Source: Trichoplax sp. H2
Lineage: Eukaryota
Direction of reading: 5' to 3'
Length of the DNA: 64,000 bases
Assembly (NCBI GenBank): GCA_003344405.1
Contig: NOWV01000028.1
Location: forward strand, 372,001-436,000
Below, piece after piece: positions 28,503 to 42,385 of this stretch (positions are counted from its first letter, which is position 1; each line of letters opens with the position of its first letter). The notes under the pieces were generated by a model that saw only the letters and a list, made by a program, of their open reading frames with translations, was not told the DNA's origin and made no database searches. The position numbers were made by a program, and so were the translations under genes.

Positions 28503-29190
28503 ATTGATCCTCTATACTGTAGAAGGGAACGTATAAAGCTGTCATTTTCAATCAATGAAGAAAGTGCAATTGATCCTCTACACTGTACTGTAGAAGGGAA
28601 AAGTATAAAGCTGTCATTTTCAATCAACGAAGAAAGTCTAATTGATCTTCTACACTAAAGAAGGGAAACATATTTCTTCATTGATTTTCAATCAATGAAG
28701 AAAGTCCAATTGATCCTCTACACTGTAGAAGGGAAAAGTATAAAGCTGTCATTTTCAATCAGCAAAGAAAGTTTAATTGATCTTCTACATTAAAGAAGGG
28801 AAACGTATTTCTTCATTGATTGAAAATCAATGAAGAAAGTCCAATTGATCCTCTACACTGTGGAAGGGAAAAGTATAAAGCTGTCATTTTCAATCAACGA
28901 AGAAAGTCCAATTGATCTTCTACACTAAAGAAGGGAAACGTATTTCTTCATTGCTCCTCTACACTGTAGAAGGGAAAAGTATAAAGCTGTCATTTTCAAT
29001 CAACGAAGAAAGTCTAATTGATCGTCTACACTAAAGAAGGGAAACGTATTTCTTCATTGATTTTCAATCATTCTTCATCGATTTTCAATCATTCTTCATC
29101 GATTTTCAATCAATGAAGAAAGTCCAATTGATCCTCTACACGATAGAAGGGAAATGTATTCTTCACTCATTTTCAATCAATGAAGAAAGT
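28503..29190. repeat. Complex minisatellite with alternating ~60-70-bp variants and internal palindromes
   Basis: About 10 copies of ATTGATC(C/T)TCTACACT(GT/AA)AGAAGGGAA followed by either AGTATAAAGCTGTCATTTTCAATCAA or CGTATTTCTTCATTGATT. Confidence 0.9.
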
Positions 29191-30210
29191 AGGAGTACAA
29201 GCCAGGGAATTATAGAAAAAGGCTTTTCTTCCTGACCTTCTATGACCGAAGTAAACAGCAATTCGCTCGAAAGAGCGATTTGTCCATTTTGATTTCACTA
29301 GCTGTCTCGTGTACTCGTCAAAAGTGATACAAGCCTTTATAGCGATCTCGACACTTTCATACAGTACACTACCATACTGTACTTTCGCCAAAAACCCTAC
29401 TTTGATAGGGTACTGTATAGAACGTAAGAAATCGGGTTCAATATTACGCAAATAGCACTATCCAATCAATAATCTACTATGGCACTATTGAATTTCATAT
29501 TGGCACACCGGCGTTGCACTAATTCCTCTTGGATTGATGAAAATATTTTAGAATCCTTTCTAGTTTAGTTTACAAATTACAGGACTAGTAGAACATTCCA
29601 CTCCTCCTGTTTAGAGCTCTGTAAGGACTGCTCTTATTGGCTGTAGCCTTATATGTGAATTTCTATCGATTAAACTAGGCTTGATCTCCCAATTTTCTTG
29701 GTAAGCAAGGGCAACTCCAAGTTAATCTCCTGGCTTGCAACAGAAACAACTTCTTCTACCTCTTCATCAGGTAATTTGAAATGAGACTTGTAAACTAGAC
29801 CCTAAAGTTAGACATAAGTTAATCGAGAATTATAGCTTGTGTAGGAGTGATTAACTTAGGAAATGCCTGCAAAGTATGTCGTTGATGCTAGCTTACACCT
29901 TTCACAATATTGTAGTGTTATAAAGGAAAGCATTTATTAATTATTCTAATTGATGCGAATACAACTAGGGATAAAAAAGCAAAAAGTCAATGATGCATAA
30001 TGTATGACAAGAAAGAAATAGTTTGGAATTTGCTTGACACTCAATTTAGTAATAGACAGTTTCACTTTAACTTAGTTACCAATCCAGTAATGGCTGGTAA
30101 GCAGCTAACATCGATGCCAGTATGTGTTGACTATCTGTTTGCGCGCCCGTCTTTAACATGATTATGCCACAATTGCTCTGATGATAGGTAATTACTGTAC
30201 TAGTCGCTCG

Positions 30211-33200
30211 ATGATGGAATTATCTCCAGGCAAGCTAATTGAACATGATTGGTATGAGAGTAATCAAGGCAGAGAATTTTTCAATTGTTTACTCAGAAAG
30301 CAGAAGCGAAGACAATTTGGTAAGGTTGAACTCCAATGACAGTTAGAATAAACATCCATTGCATAATAAAGTACAACATCAAACAAAAACAGATTGAAAA
30401 TGCATAGCTAATTCAAGCTTAAATACAACTTATGTATTACATATCAATCTTAATCTCAAATTGACCTGAAAAAAAATTCATTAAATCCATTTATAAGGTT
30501 AAGCTATTTCTGGGCAGTAGTTATTCGCTACCAATTCATTATGATGGACTATCTCCATCAAGTTTAACAATAACTCTTCGTCCTTTCAGGTGTACTCGAA
30601 AGACCAACATTTCCTTTAGGGATGTCATCGGAAATACAGTCTTATAAATTATTCTTATATGGGAAGGCTGGCGTAGGCAAGACCAGCTTAATTTGCAAGT
30701 TATGTGGTTTAGGTAATCGTGTATACTAACTTAAATTGGAACATTTGTTTTAGCATCAATGCATACTGTGGGATGCCGTTTGATTTTGTGCTCCTTACAC
30801 TCTATTTTAAAAAAATGTGGTAGTAGAAGAAATAGTCATTTTAAAGGCAATAATACAGTATATGTCAGTGCTTACGCAACATATTTAAGTATGGAGCATC
30901 TTGCAAATTGTGTATGATGAATAAACCATGGATTGTTTAGTGAAACTTGACTGATATTAATTGATTGTTTGGCTACAAAATTTTAATATCAAATCAGTCA
31001 GGTAGACAAAGATTGAAAAGCAATATAGCAATAGTTGTCAATTGAAGTCTGTCTTTAATTTCATAAATTTTTGCATTATCAGTTGCAATTTGTCGTCATG
31101 GAGCCACTTGTAAACTGTTGGCATTGATTTAATATTATGTTAAAGTGCTTAGAGACTTTCTGACAAAATTCAGTCATTTATATTGCACACCATGCAATAC
31201 GAGAGATAAACATTCAACAAGCTCTAGGCTGTATCATAATACAATTAAATAATATTTTACTGTTATGATCATAGTCAGCTGCTTTATGCTGGGAGAAAGC
31301 TTTTGCAAGCCTCATTCTCCATAAATACTTAATTTGTGTGTCATCCCTTGATTATACTCTAGTGGTCTACTATATCATTCTACACATTACTATTTTTAAT
31401 ATCATTGTGAAATAAACAACATACGATGTACATGTGTGCTAATATATCCAATTGTAAAATTATTTACCGTTGCTAGATATTCCTCAAATACACCATGAAA
31501 CTCCAGGCTTACAAACATCTACTATTTATTGGCCGGCTAAGGTAGATAAATAAACAATTTTTTATTATCTGTAGTTTGCTTTTCTGTGCATCTACGTAAT
31601 TACATGCGACAACGTAGCCGTGCTCTATATTCCTCTATATCAGCTCTTTTTAACTGCAAGTATATAGTACGAATAACTTTTAGTTTGACTATAGTATTAA
31701 CTGTATTTCTTTTCGTTTAGCTTGTCAACAGTAACGAAGTGATTACATTTAAATTTATTTTGTACGACGTTGGAGAATTTGCATTAAAGAAATACAATCA
31801 TTTTCTTCCAGTAAGTTGAACATCGATAAGCATACACTAAGATTGTAAATTACGATTAAGAATGGCTTTATTGGATTTAATTTATTCGAAAATACTGGAC
31901 CCATCACCCAGTAAAATATTCAATTTTTGACCCTTTTCTCCAGTAAATGATGGTTAGCTCTGCTCGCTAAATTGCATTTACAATCAAGATTCAATGCTGT
32001 GCTATGCACAAGTGTACTGTATGCAGTATTGCATGTAACTGATGTTTTCAATTTTAATGTGCGTTACTATATACTGTTTCTGCTATGCTTAATTGCAAGT
32101 AAGCAAACCATCACGAAATTTTCGATCGTATAACTCCGCAAAGAACTCGGTTGTTTGTGCTATAGTTACCATGGTCCCTACAACTCCTTACCGTACTAAA
32201 CGGTATCCCTCACACGTGTACTGTAGTAACTACAGCAGTAGAATTTTAATAAGTGGATACGGAGTGCAACTAAAACCGTCAAGAGCCACAACTCTAGTCT
32301 TGCCATCTTGTCTAAGTAGATCGAAGAGCTCATTGCATCCTTCATGATGAAATAGGTGGGGAAGAATGGAGGTCTCCAATGTCTGTAGTATTCCTACCCA
32401 TACCTACGGTACAGTCAGTACAGTACACTGTGTTAAACAGTACAGCACAGTATACCGTAACACTATATTGCACCGTACTAAACTATACTGTACAGGAGTA
32501 GTCCATTGTTGTAAATTAAATTTAAAAGTTGAACAGACAACATTCAATTATCAATTTATGCCATGCATAGTGAAAAATGTTGAATCATTTAAGGCTAAAC
32601 TCGATTGCTAAAACATTTTGCAACGATGTCGGAAGTGGGTAGCGGCTCGTATCTGATTTCAGAGTGAAATAAATTACAAATTTGAACCAGGGAACTTTGG
32701 GAGCCTCCTTAGCGCAGTAGGCAGCGCGTCAGTCTCATAATCTGAAGGTCGTGAGTTCGATCCTCACAGGGGGCAGGATTTTTTTGGTGAATTTTTTTTC
32801 CTTTCCTCCATTCTTTTTCCTGATCTCGATTTTAGGTCCAAATCAATAACCGTGAAAACTGTTAGCTATACGATTTCTAGATTTACGTTCAGAATTTATA
32901 GTTATATTGTCGCTTACCGTGACTATTCAGCAGCTAATTTCAATCGCTGAACGAGTCGCGTTAAATTAATTTACATAGTGCACGGTGGGCCACAACCTTG
33001 TCAAAATATCATTTTGTCAAGTTGCTGAAATTCAAGAATTTAATAGAAATTGGTTGTTTCTGTGTTTGCCTAACTTGAAAAGTAACCAACAATATTGAAT
33101 AATTCACGGTGCTACTGTACGCAAAAATGTCCCTGAAATAGTAAATGACTAACGCGGGTCCACAGCGAGGTCACACCACTGGTTAATGATCAACTTTGAA

Positions 33201-35320
33201 ACCTTTGACCGCTTCCGGATTGGTGTTAAAAAAGAGTCTGTCTGTAATAATATTACCTTTTAGGCCTTTACCCTTACTCTAGCAGCTAATTTCAATCGCT
33301 GAATCGGTTGACTGACTTAAATTATAAATTAGTATGTATGGCCTGCTATTCAGCTGATTTTTCTGACATCGGTTTTACAGTTAGTTCCAAATCATCAAAC
33401 TAAACCGTTGGACTATTTTATTTCCAGATTTGCATTAAGAATCTTCAAATAATATTGCCGTTTACCATTACTGCAGTAATTAATTTCAATAGCTGATCGA
33501 GTGGTGTTCAATTAGTATGTATGACCTACTATATGTACAGTGTACAAGTTTACTGTGTATACTATATGTTCATGCTATCGATTTCAGCCCAATCATTTTG
33601 GCTATTTCGTAATTGGATAAATGAATCAAGATTCATTAATCATATACTATTATCAGTACTTAGTCATTGTGCTGATTTCCCTGACATTGGTTTTGTTCTG
33701 AATCATCAACTTTTAAACCATTGGCCATACTATTGCCAAATTTTGCGTTAAGAATCTGTTATTATAATATCGTTTACCGTCATTTCAGATAATTCCAAAT
33801 AGCTAAACGGGTGATGTTAAGTTAGCTTGATTTGTCAGGCATTTTTGTCCATACTATTTTGTAATCGGTTAATACTTAATCCTTGGCCTAATTTCCTTGA
33901 CATTGGTTATGGTTTCAAATTATTAGCTATTTAACCCGGGCTATGCTACTCCCAAATTGGGGTTAAGAATTTGTAATTATAGTATCGTTTACCCTCACTT
34001 CAGTAATTTCAATCGCTGAAGGAGTGGTATTAAATGGCCGCCATGTCAGCTGGTATGGTACTATTTGTGTTATCGATTTAGCAAGGCAATTTTGCTGACG
34101 CTACGTGTGTTTCATAATCGGATGAAAGATATAAATGAATACTTAGTTATTGCACTCATAGATAAGTATCCCTATACATGTAAATGTTAAGAAGATACAG
34201 AAATTCAACTCAATGACTTCCGTCTTAGCTGTAGTACTGATATTGTGATCTATTAATTTATGAACAAATAATTAATTAATCTAGGCTTGCATAGAAAAAG
34301 TAGATGCTGTTATCTTTACCTTCTCGTTCGTTGACAGGTAAGTGTTGAAGACTAACCGACATACTATACCTTATATACGTGTATACTCTTATTGTAGTTA
34401 TATACGGTCACAGTAAAATGATTGCTTGTGTCACAATGATCATTAGCTTCTCCAATCAAGTCTATTTCGCTAGCAATTGCTAAATGAATAATTAAGTTAC
34501 CCATTGTAGTAGTTCAACTGACATGACAAACTGGTCATATCGTCTAGACAAAATAGAGAACAATCTAAGCCAGTGCCAATATTATACCAAAGTTAAATAT
34601 CACATATTTTAATCACCAAGTTATTTTTTAACATTTAACTTTAAAATTGTTATTTTCAATTATCTAGGGCTAGCTTTGATGATCTTACAAATTCTGTGAG
34701 TGGTCTCATTTAAAGTCTAGTAGAAACTTCCCTTGTTGATTAATTTAAATGATACTAATTTTAAAACAATAACAGGTTGATAATTTAGCCTTGCCAGAAA
34801 AGTCGACGCTAAAAATTGTTGTTGGGACTAAATATCCGATCTTAACATCTAGATCTTAAAGCGTTATTTCAAACTCTCTGCATATTTATATAGTATTTAT
34901 ATTCTTTGCGATATTGAAACAGTATTGATTAAAAGTGTCCTTAACGGGTTATAAAGTATGACCAATTCATGTATAGTGAAATTAGCGAGAGAGAATTACA
35001 CGAATTTGAACAGGAAAGGAAAATAACTGCCTTCAAAATGAAGAATATTTGCTCTAAATTGCCTGACGGTAACTTAGATGCTTGGGCTAATATCCATGTA
35101 GGTGTAAAACTAGCTTCAGACTTATCAACGATTCAAAATATTCTACAGTTGAAACAATATTAACACGCTTAAAAGAAACTAACGCTCTACTAATTTATCC
35201 TGGTACATTCTTAATATGTCTTTTTATCTATTGACTAAGGATACTTCAACGTTCCTAAATAATCTCTGTGAACAACTACTTCATAGGGATCGGATAGCAG
35301 CCAGACATAGAATTAATTGA
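30211..35320 (+). CDS. CPLANE2: Ciliogenesis and planar polarity effector 2 (REM2- and Rab-like small GTPase 1, RSG1)
   Basis: Exons 30211-30319, 30590-30712, 31477-31541, 31721-31810, 34285-34337, 34668-34695, 34776-34831, 34956-35097, 35240-35320. Product: DWYESNQGREFFNCLLRKQKRRQFGVLERP, P-loop GKAGVGKT, HHETPGLQT..YWPAK, DVGEFALKKYNH, FSFVDRASFDDL, VVGTKYDQFM, FLNNLCEQLLHRD; collinear with human RSG1 as I recall it. Confidence 0.9.
32703..32775 (+). tRNA. tRNA-Met: Elongator tRNA-Met (CAT), inside CPLANE2 intron 4
   Basis: 73-nt cloverleaf GCCTCCT...AGGGGGC-A; anticodon arm TCAGT-CTCATAA-TCTGA; T-loop GTTCGATC (TTC, so elongator rather than initiator); A box TAGCGCAGTAGG. Confidence 0.97.
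32779..32785 (+). terminator. RNA polymerase III oligo-T terminator of tRNA-Met
   Basis: T7 run 3 nt after the discriminator base. Confidence 0.8.
32870..34050. repeat. Old diverged tandem array (about 5 copies, 195-350-bp spacing) in CPLANE2 intron 4
   Basis: Core AGAAT...TTTACC...CAG..TAATTTCAATCGCTGA recurs near 32930, 33283, 33476, 33787 and 34001. Confidence 0.7.
34832..34955 (+). other. U12-type (minor spliceosome) intron with AT-AA termini in CPLANE2
   Basis: 5' end ATATCC at 34832; branch site TCCTTAAC at 34938-34945, 10 nt before the 3' end; removal restores VVGTK/YDQFM; read-through hits a stop codon. Confidence 0.8.
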
Positions 35321-36519
35321 TTATTGGTCATGCATACACAAATCTCTATGTTCTTGGACATATGCTCGTATCCAGTGCTGCAAAGCATAATCAGTAAAAG
35401 TCATACAGTGCTAAGCTTGAAATGTTTTGAGGTATTCACTCTTTGGCCTCAAATATTACTCCCGTGATACTAAATCAACGCTTAGTATTATTTCTGTAGA
35501 AAATAATTGTATAAAATGTATATATACTCGTATACGTATGTATACTGTAGGTAGTAACAATGTTGGTAAATAAACTTCTAACATTGTACAGTAAAATACT
35601 ATCCGTTCATTTTATCTCATCCAGTATTGTAATAAAGCGTTACGTCAGATATGTTCATAGCAAATTGTACACTGATAACATTTGTTAAACAGGTAAATTT
35701 TATTATTCGCTGTTGCTTAATATAACAATGATCGTTATATGTTAACGAGCGATTTTATGAAGTTTGTCCACAAACGTTTAAAAGTAATATCGATTGAATA
35801 TAATGAAGACAACAGATTGAAATGGATGATTATTTGGATTGTATACTTTTCGGCAATCCAGTATTAAATAAAATGAAACTGGCAAATTATATTAGCATAT
35901 TATAGCTGAAAGCGCTACTTTATCATAGATACGAGACTAATCACTACAAATTATGGTTTACTCCTACATACAATACTCTAAAAATAATAGCTTAAACATT
36001 CACAGATCAGTTAGAAATAGCTATATTGTGCAATATTGTAGTATTAATGTAACAGCAGTAGTAAGTAGTAGCTGCATCAGCAAGAAATAGTATAACAATT
36101 AATGTATAAAATTACTTCTATACATGCGTAGCATTATGGCAGTAAAGAAAACCTCTAGCGTAATCTATATATCTCAACAGGCATTACGAGTTACGTAATT
36201 AATGTTAAACACAATATGGCTCATTACAGATTTTCTTAAGTAAGTGAAACGATCTACACCCATATCAATTAAATTTGATATCGCCTTTAACTTAAAAAAT
36301 AGAAAAAAGCGAGAAATCTCCCCAAAGGAATCTGTATGTCATTTTAATTATACGAGTTAAGGTATCTGAATTTGTCTATTAGCAATGACACTATAGCAGG
36401 ACATTATTGATTCGACCATAGGATTTTCGCGATCAGTAAGACTAAATCTGCGGATCGTGAGCAGTCCCTACACTCAATTAGTATCTTTTTTTTTTATCCT
36501 ACACAATAAAAATAATCAA

Positions 36520-38307
<1,788 letters not shown>

Positions 38308-41181
38308 TTAGATGGTATACTTGGTATTCGTAAAAGACCTGAAAGAATACAAATACGCTGAAATGTTGAAATCACGATACCCTCGTTACAGTTTGAATTC
38401 GAGCTACATGGACAAATTTAGATTGTATAAAACGCATAAAACCAACAATTCACTTTCAATCATAGTGCAGCGTTGTCTAATCATTTGAATGGGCTACAAC
38501 ATACTGTAACAATTCACATATTCCAAGTTGTTTAAGCAATGTTCAGCCATGATTATTGACAAGGAATAATGACTAATCAAGATCGTCCAGATATACTTTG
38601 CAATTTGTAGACTATCATATTTGTCATCCTACACGATTAACAAATAGTATCAGTACTCGTGGGTCATTCCCTTTTGTATTTATAATGGCTTACAGCTACT
38701 GTAATTCTTTAGTAGGATGATCCCAAATTTATATGAGTTGTATCAGTAATAAGCTGGTATCGCAGTAAACATCATTTAATTGTATCGTTTGTTTCTTACG
38801 GTAATAAAAAATAGATACATTGCTCTATCAAGATTGAATAGGTGCAAGATAGGGTATGCTAATTTCATGTGTAGTCCTGAAATAGACTTGATATCTTTCT
38901 ATATTTCAATCTTCCAAAGTTTCGATACCAAGTGTATGCCAACAATTTTTGCGAAGACAGCAGTAGTCTAGTAAACCGTCGCGGCATTTATTAGGGTAGG
39001 GGATTCTTCCTTTTCAGCAAGTCAAAATCGGTAGAAATAAGTATTCATTCCTACCCTTATTAATATTTAATAAGCTATAGATTACTATCACGTACAAAGG
39101 AATGAGGGTAATATTCATTCATGTTATAGCAACATGAACGATCCATTTGTAGCGTCATGGTTGCCCATAAATGGAACATAGCATTCTCAAGTTCATTCAA
39201 ATAGAAAGCAAGTGATTTCAGTTAGCCGACAGGGCTATGCTCGAGGTAGCGAAGAAAGTGCACCCGAGTTTACAAACGATGTCATACGTCGATATAGTAT
39301 TCAGAATAGGATTATTTTATTTCCATTTAGTCAACGATCTGATGGGAGTAGTTTAAAGATTCCATTATGTCGAGTTTTGCGTCCAAGTCGACGATACAGC
39401 AGAATTGGCCTAGAGGCAGTATCCATTCTATTCTGTTCTGATTGAAGCTATTCTATTCAATGTTTCGAATGTTAACATAACGTTAACGGCCTTGAACTAT
39501 GTACTATTCACAGTTAGGGCATTTGTTGGAGAATACTGGTAGCTACGGTCAATGCATCACTACAGTAGTTGCAATAAATGAAGTCGGTTTTATCATTGAT
39601 GTATTTGGTGGTTGAAAAATTAGTTACTACAGTCTAGTCGTTGCTATTTTTTCTCTGCTCTTGACTAGACAATCAACATGATTGAGGTTAAGGAATGATG
39701 CTGTAGCTTGATGTTGTGGTGGCCATTGGTAGGCTACGCCGGCGAATCCAGTACAGTATATGTAAGCTGATTTATTCTGCTAGTCGCTACGGTAGTGTAT
39801 CCATCATCGATGATGACCATTGGATATGGAGAATTCTTCTTCTTTCTCCAGTACAACTTTTATGGTCAAATCATGACTACAAGCCTAGACTACGGCCTTC
39901 TGCGGAGTATTGGCACTACTAGGCCGCAATGGGCAGTTTACTTCTGGTCCTCCACCACAGCGAAGGGTTGAACTTGTTCCAAGGTCCGATATCGCCGTAG
40001 GCGTAGCAGAAGCGTGGTTTACTAGCTATTGAAGATTGGATGTGTTGGATTTTGCATCGGTTTCTATTTATCTCCTACCTATCTCTACTCTTTGTCGTCT
40101 ACTTTATTCCTTGCCATCTTGGCATCCATTAAAGTCTACATCTTATTGGGCTTGTATTGAAAAATACAGCCGCATGTCTAATGGACCCCATCGATGGCGT
40201 CAGTGATGCCAATACTATTTGGATTGTAGCACGTCCGTCTTTGTCGATTCCAAATAGACAACATGTGCCCACTGTATGAGGATACGGTAAGCATGTTGTA
40301 TAGCACTTTTGCAATCATCAAGGCTAGGGTTATTTTGACTGATGGTTTTACATCGATGGTTGAAATGATGAAAGACTAGAGGAAGAAAAAAAGGCAGCGA
40401 TGGTGGCGAGTGGGGTCCTACTGTACCCCATTTCGGTTGAAGTGGGGGCCGCAATGGATGATGATTGTCATGGAAGCAGGCTAAAAGGCCAATGTCTACC
40501 CTACCTCTCTTTCACTAGACTGATCGAAGCTGTAGGAAAGACGATAGACTATTTTTACTAGACAAGAATGCACTCTTTAACAATCTACTCCACTCTTTGA
40601 AGGGCAAATAGCATCCATTTTGATCTTGTGTTGATGCAATGTTGTCTATTGGGCAGTATACCCGGGTGGGCATGGAAAATGTAGTGATGATCCACGTCTA
40701 GGGTATGTCGCGAAACGTTGTCAAAACATGATGGTATCGACCGAGAAGTGATGACAGTGCGGTATTGTCACCGCAATTTCCCGAGTACTAGACTGTCTTG
40801 TGGAAGAAGGCCGTGGGGGCCGCATCCTTTCTCTCCTTTTTCGACGGTTCGTTGGGTTAGGCGTTTTATTTTGAAATACAACTGCTTCACATGCAGTGGA
40901 TTGTTGACTAAGAAGGTAGAAAAAGACAATCTCTATCTGTGGTTCTACTCATTTGACACCATAGTCAAGCAAGATGGCTGATTTAAATGATTGAAAGTAT
41001 CAACAGCCATAGCAGCTGGGAAAAGAGTTCGCGTCTACACTCGACACGTTTCCCACTAGCGACGAGTGTGTCTTTCAACCATGTTGTTGTTGAATTTTTC
41101 TACTTTCCTTGCCTCCATCCAATACAAGTGATTGTAAACGACAAGAGCGACAAGAAATGACAAAGTCATGTTATGACTTAC

Positions 41182-41300
41182 CTTGAAGAAAGTATTTGAA
41201 TCCAAATCGGCTTTCCAAGTGGGTTTTTTCGACCTTTTTAGCGATCTCTACTTGGGCGTTTAGGAAACAAATGCTGTTGCTAAAAAATACTTTGGCATTG
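41182..41300 (-). promoter_or_regulatory. Candidate non-coding first exon of CDC42, with a 5'UTR intron at ~38339-41181
   Basis: Consensus donor AAG|GTAAGT at 41181 and pyrimidine-rich acceptor TTCTTTCAG 43 nt before the ATG. The 5' end of the exon is a guess. Confidence 0.4.
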
Positions 41301-41414
41301 ACCAGTTGATACCGTGGCAATGACGCACCGGCTTGATGTTCGACCTGGTTTAAAACCTATTCCAGGGCGGCATGCATCAAGCAGACTCCTAGGGAGGGGA
41401 AAAAAAGAAGCCGC

Positions 41415-42385
41415 TTGTACTGTAGAGACTACGCTGCCGCTTTAGGCTGCTACAGTCCATGGATGGTGTACAATGTACTGTATTCTACAGTACAGTACTG
41501 TCGCCATTTAGCATCCTGTACGGGCTGTACAGTACAGTGTCTCCTGTCCAGCAGTACAGGATATGGTGGACTCGACTTTCCAGTACAGTACTGTACACTG
41601 TACAGCACTGGACTTTTCGTTCCGGGTCCGGACCAGATCAGGACCTTTGGGGCAATTATAGTACAGTGTACAGTACTGTACTGTACAATATAATGTATTC
41701 TAGAACTGGATATGGACTGGACTTTCCAGTACAGTACAGTACTGTACTGTACATACAGTACTATACTGTACACTGTACAGCACTGGACTTTTCGCTCCGG
41801 GTCTGGACCGGGATCAGAACCTTCAGGCAACTACAGTACAGTGTACAGTACTGTACACTGTACAGTAGTACTGTACTGGATATGGTGGACTGGACTTTCC
41901 AGTACTGTACTGTACAGTACTGTACAGTACTGTAGACTGACTCTACAGTGCAGAGTCTGTAAAAAAAGGGTCTGGACTGTACAGTACAGTGCACAGCACT
42001 GGACTTTTCGTTCCGGGTCCGGACCAGATCAGAACCTTGGGCCAACTATAGGACAGCGTACTGTACAGTACTATATATTGTATTCTAGTACTGGATACTA
42101 CTGTATGGACTGGACTTTCCAGTACTGTCCTGTACTGTAGACTCTACAGTGTAAAGTCTGTAAAAGGGCATGTACTGTACAGTACAGTACTTTTTCGCTC
42201 CGTGTTCGGACCGGGATCAGAACATTGGGGCAACTACAGTACAGTGTACTGTAGTATACTGTACAATATACACTGTACAGTACTGTACTACTGTACTGTA
42301 CACTACTGGAGAGATGGCACGATCTGTGAAGACCTGGAAAACTACAGTGTACAGTACCCTGTACTGTGCAAGACTACTGTAATTA
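41415..42385. repeat. Composite satellite: TACAG/CTGTA low-complexity matrix with 4 copies each of two GC-richer cassettes
   Basis: CTTTTCG(T/C)TCCGGGTCCGGACCAGATCAG-like at ~41608, 41783, 41999, 42190; GGATATGGTGGACTGGACTTTCCAGTA-like at ~41559, 41708, 41878, 42106. Confidence 0.9.

Noticed and set aside
28503..29190. CRISPR-like periodic repeats
   Set aside because: The sequences between repeats are themselves repeated, so this is a minisatellite.
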